From the NCBI GenBank assembly GCA_016839585.1, contig JAEOTZ010000050.1, positions 32,001 through 96,000 of the forward strand: a DNA stretch of 64,000 nt. Reading direction: 5' to 3'. The translations under genes and the position numbers were made by a program. This document shows positions 40,924-49,124 of this stretch, one piece after another (positions within the stretch are counted from its first letter, which is position 1; the number at the start of each line of letters is the position of its first letter). The notes below the pieces were generated by a model. That model worked only from the letters and a program-made list of their open reading frames with translations, was not told the DNA's origin and did no database searches. The DNA is from Promethearchaeota archaeon (GTDB lineage Archaea > Asgardarchaeota > Lokiarchaeia > Sigyniarchaeales > SOKP01).

Positions 40924-41829
40924 TTAATCAATTGAAATTTTAAATTGATATCTTTTTTTTATTAATCTAAAACCAATGGTTAATAAAAGGGTCATTAGAG
41001 GGACTGATATAAGAAATAATTCTACAGTAAAAATAGTAGGAATTGCAATATGTACATATGTTCCAATAAGTCCTATTATCATAAACGCTACACAAAAAGA
41101 TATCGTATCTAATAATAACTTATCTTTACCAGATTGACTTTTAATTACATTTGTCCTAATATCTTCATAATAGGCATTTGGATCAGAAATTTTATTGACG
41201 TAATAAATATTATTTAGTAGATATTCATTTAAATCAATTCTTGTTTGAATATTTGAAAGAATTTTTAAAAATTCTGAGACATCATCTTTATCTTTATCTT
41301 TAAATAATGGTAAATCAGATTTCTCGATATCTATATTTTGCAAAAATGAAGTACCTTCTTCCTTATTACGTTGCTTAATTAATTCAAAAGAAATTTTTTG
41401 ATTTTCTATCTCAGATTTGCTAAATACTTTTCTTTTTTTCATTATATTGGGAAGATCTATAACGATTTTTCTTTTTCGAGCTTTAAAACTTCTAATAGTC
41501 TCAAAATTAGGTTCTCTGATGGGTTTAAATACATGTTTTGTCTTATAAAATTTTAGAGTTTTTAATTTATTACTTTTTATTTCGCCTATACAACGCCAAT
41601 CAATATATTTTACTTTGGGTTTGCCCTTTTTTTGATATTCTGGGAAGTATATTCCTTTATTTGTAAATAATACATGCGAATTCCAGACATCGGGAAAGAC
41701 TCCCTCTGATAGAGGGTCTTCTTTATCAGAGATAACTTTATAAAATGTACTGTAGAGTATACTCTCCTTTTTAGAAACAAAATCTTGGAGATTTGAATAA
41801 TTTAAAGGAATATGGAAATCTGACATCAT
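40924..41829 (-). CDS. Hypothetical protein, PH-like N-terminal region and two C-terminal TM helices
   Basis: ESILYST...WNSHVLFTNKGIYF...YIDW pattern; C-terminal hydrophobic helices. Confidence 0.6.
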   Translation of the reverse strand: MMSDFHIPLNYSNLQDFVSKKESILYSTFYKVISDKEDPLSEGVFPDVWNSHVLFTNKGIYFPEYQKKGKPKVKYIDWRCIGEIKSNKLKTLKFYKTKHVFKPIREPNFETIRSFKARKRKIVIDLPNIMKKRKVFSKSEIENQKISFELIKQRNKEEGTSFLQNIDIEKSDLPLFKDKDKDDVSEFLKILSNIQTRIDLNEYLLNNIYYVNKISDPNAYYEDIRTNVIKSQSGKDKLLLDTISFCVAFMIIGLIGTYVHIAIPTIFTVELFLISVPLMTLLLTIGFRLIKKRYQFKISID

Positions 41830-42128
41830 TTATCCTATATGAAAAATATAAGTTATTGGTTAGAGAAAAATTCTCTTATATTATAGTTTTTCTAATCCTA
41901 GATATAATTCTCATGCTATATATTATAATTTTCCTTTAAATAATTTCATTATAATATCTTGATACCTATATCGGATATTATTGATAAAATTTCGCAAGTG
42001 ATGAAAGAGAATGGCAAAGAGATTACTATTATTTTGAGCTCAATCTATTAAAAAAAAAAAGAGCACATTTTCTTTTTCTTTTTAAGGAACTATTACTATT
42101 TATTTTTAATAAATTTGAGGTAAAGTTT

Positions 42129-42437
42129 ATGGGAAAAGTTAGATATGTTTCCTCTTGGCAGAACAAGTGGATTACTTCAAACGCTGGTTCTATTGACGAC
42201 TTTATTAAAACTTTTGAAGAGTTAGCGGAGATGTTTAGAGAATGGAAAGAAATGGGAATTAAACTTAATCCTAATAGTGGTATTGGGGACGATTATGCCG
42301 AATTTTATACCGATGATATGGAGGTGGCAATTAAGGCACAGTTTACCTTTTACAGCGGTGATGATAGGACTAAAGAATATCTTGAAACCAATACAGGAGA
42401 AATAGTGGAAGTACCTAAAGAAAAATTAGAAGATTGA
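42129..42437 (+). CDS. Hypothetical acidic protein
   Basis: GAGGT RBS; WQNKWITSNAGSIDDFI...DDYAEF. Confidence 0.75.
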   Translation: MGKVRYVSSWQNKWITSNAGSIDDFIKTFEELAEMFREWKEMGIKLNPNSGIGDDYAEFYTDDMEVAIKAQFTFYSGDDRTKEYLETNTGEIVEVPKEKLED

Positions 42438-42490
42438 GAATAATTTTTTATTTGGCAATATCCTATTTAATTATGTTAAAGGCGAATAAC

Positions 42491-43192
42491 ATGAATGAAG
42501 ATTTAAATGAATTGATTAGAAAAGCACAATATTTTTTAAATTCGGGGCAGATCGAACAAGCAATAGGATCTCTTCAAAAAGCTGTAAAAAGCGATCCTAA
42601 GTTTATTAATGCATGGCTTCTGCTTGGGAATATTTATTTTGCTATGAAACAGCATGTTTTAGTACAGAACAGAACCGATAAATTCTACAATAGGGAAGTT
42701 TTTTTTAGGTATGAGAATGTGAGTATAACTGAAAAGAACGCATATGATACAACCTTAGAACTGGGATGGGATACCTATAAAGATGGTAATCCTTCTGAGC
42801 CTGTTGTTCGTGATGCTTTTTGGCTTCACAGCAACTTTTTTCTTAATTGGTCGTTTGATTATGAAGAAAGACTAGCAGAAGTGAATCAGACCAAAATCTA
42901 TTATTATGATCGAATTGAAGAGAACTTAAATAAGGCAATCGAAGGATGTATAGCTGCTATGAACTCTATTGAGATTTATGAAGAGAGTGAGACGATGGGT
43001 GATGATAAGGCAATAGGGATAGATTTGGGTCTATTTCTAATATTTAATATCATTATAGGGAGTTTAATGTTTATATTTCTAAATATCAAAATAAGAGGAA
43101 AAATCTGTAAAAGATGTGATGGTAATTACCTCTTGTTGCTTTTTTATCGGCTCTTGTTCTATATATATTGCAAAGGCAATCAATTCTTTTAA
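42491..43192 (+). pseudogene. Chimeric ORF: TPR N-terminus fused to the C-terminal part of a secreted membrane-anchored protein
   Basis: The TPR (QAIGSLQKAVKSDPKFINAWLLLGNIY) changes abruptly to an N-glycosylation-sequon-rich segment and a TM anchor. Confidence 0.5.
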
Positions 43193-43306
43193 AACCTTTT
43201 CTTTCCAATGTTGATTTTGAAGTATAAGTGAGCTTTTAAACTCATAATTTAAAGTTTCACCTTCTTTCAGTTGAATTAATTTATCAATTTCTTTACAATC
43301 TGTCAT
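43079..43306 (-). pseudogene. 5' fragment of a Schlafen/AlbA_2-domain gene
   Basis: EGETLNYEFKSS...KVLKELIAFA stops just before the expected N-x-x-GG motif. Confidence 0.65.
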
Positions 43307-43519
43307 GACTAACTAAATTTAGAATTCCGCTTTACAACACTAAATAAATAAAAAAGATATATTTTTTTAGTTTTTCTATTTCAAAGAAATAAAAGAATTG
43401 AAGATTTGAATAAAAGTCATTTCTAATCTTTATTATAGTTTAATAGTAATTTATATATGACAGAATTTCTATAGATCTTAAGAAGTTAAAAAATTGAAAT
43501 TTTTGAGTTAAAGTGGGAA

Positions 43520-46500
43520 ATGAATATTGAACATCTTAGTTCATATCAAAAGGAAGTATATGGAATTCTGCTAAAGGAAAGCCCTTTAGCTGCTAGAGCA
43601 TATCTTGGTGCTATAATTACATATAACCAAGAAGATAATCCAGATAAATTTCATCAAATAGCAAACTCTCTGAGACATATTAGTAGTATTTTTGCTAGAG
43701 ATATTATCATTGAACGTGATCAAGAAGAATATGGGAGTTTATTGGACTTTTTTAAAAACTATTTAAAAGAAAATAATCTGGATCAGAAATACGAAGTTAG
43801 AATAATTGCAGAAGAGGATATAACTCATTTAAAAAAACTGGAATTAAAAGTGGCCAAAGATCCTGATATTTTACCAGTAACTTCAAGAACACATTTAGAT
43901 AATCTTATTAAAGAATGGTTAAAAATACATGATTTTTTTCTTGGTATTGCCCATTATGGTTATGAACAAATTGATGAGGAAAAGTTTGATATTAATTTTA
44001 AAAAGCTAGAAAGGATTTTAATGGAGCTTTTCAAATCATCAAAAGAGACAATAAGACAATTAACTGAATTATTAGAGATTAATAATCCAGAAGAGAAGCA
44101 CTTAGAAATATTAAAGAAATATATACTTAAACCAGCAGATTCCCAATTCTTTTTTATGAATCTACATAATCCTAACTGGTTTGATATACTTCAAAAACAT
44201 AATTACTTCTGTTTACCTAAAAAAGATGAATCTGGTTTATTAAATATTCATTTTTTCCCCCAGATACATTATTTGAAAAATATTTCAGAGATTATTCCAG
44301 ATAAAGTAATCATAATTCTACAAGAATTGTCAAATTCCGGAAATATTATTCTTTTTAGGGGTATAGCATTATGTATTTTAAAGATGCCAATTGTTAAAGT
44401 AAAGAATGCTATGAGTATTATTGAGACAATGGTTAAAACGCAAGATGTCTCATTATATTCTATCTTAAAGAAGTTACTCTATAAATTAATAGAGGTAAAT
44501 GATTATGAATCTGTACTAAGAATTATTAAAGAATTGTTTAACTCTAAGAACTCTCAACCTCCTAAATTATATGGTATAAAGGGTTTTGATATTTATAGAT
44601 ATTTACTTTCTGAATATAGAGATATCTTTGAAGTAATATTATTACATGGAGATGAAGAATCTATTATCGGTCTTTTAGAAATACTTTGTATTTGTCTTGG
44701 AGAACAAATAAAAAAGAAAATAATTAAGAATATTAAATTTGGAGATGATATTAATAACAGGACAACTGAGATTACAGATGAGATTTTAAAAGCTTCCGAT
44801 AACTCTGAACTATGGAGAGAGTCAATCGAGACTTTTCCTGACACTTATAAATCAGATGGTATAGAAAACAGATTAATAGATGAAATTAGGGATTATCTCC
44901 TCTCACTTTCTGAAAAAGATAAAAGCATTTTCTATAGAAGTTTTCAATTACTTTCAAATTTTAAATGGAATATATTCAAGAGATTACAACTGTTCTTAGG
45001 ATATAAGAAATTCGATATTTTGAAGGATCAAATTAGTTTAATTTTTGAAAATGACTTGTTTAAAGAGAAATTTCTATGGCCAGAGTTATATTTTCTATTG
45101 AAAAACTATTTTAATATATTTTCAGAAGAACAACAACAGGCATACTGTAATTGGATTAATGAGAAATTGTTAGATTTTAAAAATGAGAATATAAGTAAAA
45201 GAGATTTGCTCCGAATTATTGAACCAGTTTATGAATATTTACCCCTGAATTTTAAACTAACTAACACAGAGTTAGTTGACGAGTCAAAATCGTTCGAATT
45301 AATATATAAACACCCTCCAAATATTTTTCGGTATCATGGACCCATTCGGTTTTTCGATCCTATAACCGAATTTAAAGAAGATTTAGTTGGTAAGGATATA
45401 GATGAGCTTATAAACTTTATGAATGATTGGGAACCCACTGGAATGAGAACTTTTGAATCTCCAAATGATTTAGGATATGCTATATCTAAACTCATAATAG
45501 AAAATCCTTTAAAATACCTTAAATTTTTAGAAAGATTTAAGGATATCAAAGTCTTTTACCTTCCTCATATCATTGAGGGTTTCGGAAGAACTATCCATGA
45601 AAAGATAATATTTGATATTGAATTTTTATTATTTCAATTATTAGAAATTGTAAATTTTATTATATCTCAAAACGAACTTGACGAGAGTCTAAAAATAAAG
45701 ATCTTTAGTGAAATTGAAGAAACTCTTAATTACTGTGTAAAATATGAGGATTTGAATGTTAATGAAAAAATATTAGAGATTATAATCCAAATTACAAAAC
45801 TTCTAATTAAAATAGAGAACCCTTATTATATTAAATATGAAGAAGCTGAAAATTTTCATCAAGAATCAGTAATCTATTATTATACACAATTCAAAGGAAA
45901 ATCCATAGAAACACTAATTATTCTCAATCGTAAGTGTGTTGAAGAGGGTCATGAACCATATTTACTTCAAGAGATTAAGAAGATTTTTGAAAGTATATTA
46001 ATAAATTCGATAATTGAAAAAGAACTTTTTTGTTCGATGTTCGGTGAATGCTTATATAATCTCTTTTATTTTGATAAAGATTGGACAATCACTCAAATTG
46101 AGAAAATTTTTCCAACTGGAAGCGATAATCGGAGTAAATGGAACGCCGCTTGGGAAGGTTATATTATTTCACATAAGCAACAAGTTAATGAAGCCGCATT
46201 TAAGATATTAAAAGAACAATATATTCAAGCAATAAACAAAGTTCAGAGCCCGAATATATCTCTTAGAGCAAAAGAAGCGCTATCAACTCATCTCTTCTTA
46301 TTGTATCTTTATGGTTATATTAGTCTAGAACAAGATAGTTTACTCTATTTTTATTTTAAACAATCAGATATAGACACAAGATCGAGAGCAATGTGGGATT
46401 ATTACAAAAATATTTATCCTCATGCGAAAACCTTAAATGATTCAATATTACAGAAATATTTTGAACTATGGGATTTTCGGATTGAGTTAATTACTGAGAT

Positions 46501-46903
46501 GGTAAATTCAAGAAAAATCACCATTAAAGATGCGTTTAACGAGTTAAAATGGTATACAATATTATTTTCAGAAATAGAAAATCCCTCTGAAGAACACTTG
46601 TTAAGAATGCAGAAAATAACTAAATTAACTTATGTTATCGGGGAGTTATTTTTGGATAACATACTATATAAACTCGTTGATTATGTAACTATAAATTATA
46701 AATTGGTGTTGGAAATAATATTTGCCTACATTAAAAATAGAGAAAATCCTGCTTGGCTTTTTTTAACTAAACCTGACATTGTACGACAAATTCTTGAGGA
46801 TGTGTATAAACTTTTAGAAAATGATGAGGATCAGGCTATATATGAAAAAATTATGGATGAATTGCATGCAAAAGGATATGACATTAGTGGATTCTCTACT
46901 TAA
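43520..46903 (+). CDS. Large (1127 aa) putative defence protein: HEPN-like N-terminal domain + long alpha-helical region
   Basis: AYLGA...NPD...ANSLRH...HDFFLGIAH N-terminus, then FFMNLHNPNWF...YL and a helical solenoid. Confidence 0.6.
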   Translation: MNIEHLSSYQKEVYGILLKESPLAARAYLGAIITYNQEDNPDKFHQIANSLRHISSIFARDIIIERDQEEYGSLLDFFKNYLKENNLDQKYEVRIIAEEDITHLKKLELKVAKDPDILPVTSRTHLDNLIKEWLKIHDFFLGIAHYGYEQIDEEKFDINFKKLERILMELFKSSKETIRQLTELLEINNPEEKHLEILKKYILKPADSQFFFMNLHNPNWFDILQKHNYFCLPKKDESGLLNIHFFPQIHYLKNISEIIPDKVIIILQELSNSGNIILFRGIALCILKMPIVKVKNAMSIIETMVKTQDVSLYSILKKLLYKLIEVNDYESVLRIIKELFNSKNSQPPKLYGIKGFDIYRYLLSEYRDIFEVILLHGDEESIIGLLEILCICLGEQIKKKIIKNIKFGDDINNRTTEITDEILKASDNSELWRESIETFPDTYKSDGIENRLIDEIRDYLLSLSEKDKSIFYRSFQLLSNFKWNIFKRLQLFLGYKKFDILKDQISLIFENDLFKEKFLWPELYFLLKNYFNIFSEEQQQAYCNWINEKLLDFKNENISKRDLLRIIEPVYEYLPLNFKLTNTELVDESKSFELIYKHPPNIFRYHGPIRFFDPITEFKEDLVGKDIDELINFMNDWEPTGMRTFESPNDLGYAISKLIIENPLKYLKFLERFKDIKVFYLPHIIEGFGRTIHEKIIFDIEFLLFQLLEIVNFIISQNELDESLKIKIFSEIEETLNYCVKYEDLNVNEKILEIIIQITKLLIKIENPYYIKYEEAENFHQESVIYYYTQFKGKSIETLIILNRKCVEEGHEPYLLQEIKKIFESILINSIIEKELFCSMFGECLYNLFYFDKDWTITQIEKIFPTGSDNRSKWNAAWEGYIISHKQQVNEAAFKILKEQYIQAINKVQSPNISLRAKEALSTHLFLLYLYGYISLEQDSLLYFYFKQSDIDTRSRAMWDYYKNIYPHAKTLNDSILQKYFELWDFRIELITEMVNSRKITIKDAFNELKWYTILFSEIENPSEEHLLRMQKITKLTYVIGELFLDNILYKLVDYVTINYKLVLEIIFAYIKNRENPAWLFLTKPDIVRQILEDVYKLLENDEDQAIYEKIMDELHAKGYDISGFST

Positions 46904-47010
46904 TATTATAACCATTTTTGACACTCTTAATCAGTTCTATCCCTTGAAAAAATCCCCTAAATTCTTATCATCTCTTCTGATACATTCATTTTTATCATCT
47001 AAAAAATAAA

Positions 47011-47184
47011 ATAAAAAGTGATATTTTTTTCAAGTTAAAAAAATATGAGCAAGCGTTAGAGACATTAAATATCATAACTGGAATAGAGCTGGATTATGAA
47101 AGTATTAATCGATTAAAAGCTAAAATTTATCTATTAAGAGGAAATCTATTTAAAGAAAAAGAGAAGATCAATTTTTCTATCTGA
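47011..47184 (+). pseudogene. TPR remnant
   Basis: Translates IKSDIFFKLKKYEQALETLNIITGIELDYESINRLKAKIY...*; no start codon. Confidence 0.45.
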
Positions 47185-47274
47185 TTTAACGATTTATACA
47201 ATAAATTAAAAAATAATTGAGACAAAATACAATTATAAAATATTCTAACAAATTAATAAATCAGAAATCTAAGG

Positions 47275-47613
47275 ATGATTGTATCAAAGACTGACAATAT
47301 TCCTACTAAAAGGATCGTATCTATCTTAGGTAATATTTCAATAAGAAGAGCCGAGGCTTTTAGTGAGAATGAGGAGAAAGCCATGCAGAAATTGATTAGA
47401 AAAGCCGAAAGGATGGGAGCAAACGCAATTATAAATTTTTCTTATAGGGGTTCAGGCACTTGGGGTACCTATGGTTCCTGTAGTGGGCTTGCAGTAATAA
47501 TCGAAGATATTAACCCTGGTCATCAAGATCAAAATATGGTGTATTGTCGTAATTGTGGTAAAGTAATAGAGATTTTTGCTCGTTTTTGTAAGCATTGTGG
47601 TTCAAAACAGTAG
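47275..47613 (+). CDS. YbjQ/UPF0145 heavy-metal-binding domain + double zinc ribbon
   Basis: MIVSKTDNIP...AERMGANAIIN...GLAV; CRNCG...FCKHCG. Confidence 0.85.
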   Translation: MIVSKTDNIPTKRIVSILGNISIRRAEAFSENEEKAMQKLIRKAERMGANAIINFSYRGSGTWGTYGSCSGLAVIIEDINPGHQDQNMVYCRNCGKVIEIFARFCKHCGSKQ

Positions 47614-47654
47614 ATCTATAAAGTGAATTATGTAGAATTTGATTTCTTCTAATT

Positions 47655-47849
47655 TTAGGGATTGGTGAAATGTTCTACTTTTGCTCCTTTTCGCATGGCA
47701 AAAGTATCCAATTTCCCATAGATTTTATGATATTCCTCATCCTTTAGAAATTCTTCTAATTGCTCAGGAGAAGAAAAGTTCAAAATTATCGTCACACTAT
47801 TATCAGGTATATGTTTTCTTAGATATTTTTTAGCTGTTTTTTTAGCCAT
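47655..47849 (-). CDS. Small hypothetical protein
   Basis: 64 aa with AGGTTGA RBS. Confidence 0.5.
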   Translation of the reverse strand: MAKKTAKKYLRKHIPDNSVTIILNFSSPEQLEEFLKDEEYHKIYGKLDTFAMRKGAKVEHFTNP

Positions 47850-48069
47850 TTTTTCAACCTTACATTAAAGTCTAGACCTTACAATATAATTACCTTAAGA
47901 TCTTTATAAATATTGCGAATCATTACTATATAGGTACAAATCGGTATATTTATATATATTCATTGATATTTATACAATAATGGGTATAATAATATTTGAA
48001 AAGGTTATGGAATGGGTATAGAATCAGATAATAGTAAGAGTTTAGATATAAATTTGTGCCCTGAATGTA

Positions 48070-49029
48070 GTGGCACTACATTCAGGAGGTCATTTAACCC
48101 ATTCTTTCGATACTTATCAGGGTTCTTTTTCAGCACAGATGATTCGAGCTTTAATAAATTATTGCAATCTTAAAAAAGGCGCCATCATTTTAGATCCCTT
48201 TAGTGGTTCCGGTACGACATTGATAGAAGCCATTTTGTTAGGGTTTATAGTTATAGGAATTGATATTAACCCTATTGCCTGTTTAAGTAGTTATGTAAAA
48301 TCGCAGTTATTGGGTTATGACTTAGATGATCTTATCCAGGGCAGCAAGAAATATTTTAATTTTGAATATTACAATAAGTTTACTAACGCTCTCCAATGCA
48401 GCACATTCTTAAAATTAGAGATGAAAGAATTATTTTATCTTTTTTTGTACATCCGTGCTTTTTTAGCTCAGCAAAAATATGATATTGATTCTTATTTTGC
48501 TTTTAAGAGCTTATATCGAGATATTGTCAAGACGTTACAAGCGTTTGATCGGTTAAAGAATAGATTAGATATTAATTTAGGGAGAGTATCAGTTATCTGC
48601 GATAATAAACTTAATGTTTTAAAGCGGTTTAAAGCCGAGTCTATTGACGGCATTATTACTTCACCCCCTTATATTTCCATGGTTGATTATATTAAGAATG
48701 ATTTACCTGTACTTCAGAAATTTTTTCAGAAAGAAGATGTAAATATCGCAAAGAGCAATCAAATAGGTCGTAGGTTCAAGAATCCAGAGAAGACCCTTAA
48801 TATGTTTTGGAGCAAGATGAACAATTTTACCGGTGAGACTTATAGAATTCTTAAGGATCGCTCAAAATTAATTTTGGTTGTAGGGAAGAGTAATTTAATG
48901 GAAAAAAAGTGTATTCAGATCGCTCAGGATAATGGATTTATGCTTGATAAATCTATCCTAAAAAGATATCGTGATTTTAAAAAGAATTACTTGAAATATG
49001 AATATATTGTTATTTTAGAAAAGACTTAG
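48070..49029 (+). CDS. Orphan amino (N4-C-type) DNA methyltransferase
   Basis: Motif I DPFSGSGTT, GIDINP, motif IV TSPPY; 5' end appears disrupted. Confidence 0.85.
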   Translation: MALHSGGHLTHSFDTYQGSFSAQMIRALINYCNLKKGAIILDPFSGSGTTLIEAILLGFIVIGIDINPIACLSSYVKSQLLGYDLDDLIQGSKKYFNFEYYNKFTNALQCSTFLKLEMKELFYLFLYIRAFLAQQKYDIDSYFAFKSLYRDIVKTLQAFDRLKNRLDINLGRVSVICDNKLNVLKRFKAESIDGIITSPPYISMVDYIKNDLPVLQKFFQKEDVNIAKSNQIGRRFKNPEKTLNMFWSKMNNFTGETYRILKDRSKLILVVGKSNLMEKKCIQIAQDNGFMLDKSILKRYRDFKKNYLKYEYIVILEKT

Positions 49030-49124
49030 GATGGAAATAAGGCTAAAATAATAATTTTATCATAAATGTTAAATATTAATTCATCCAATATTTACCCAAT
49101 CCAATAATTTATGGGTGAAATAAA

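Noticed and set aside
40105-49029. Integron, provirus or transposon as the explanation for the variable region
   Set aside because: No integrase, transposase, attC-like repeated hairpins, terminal inverted repeats or virion genes were found
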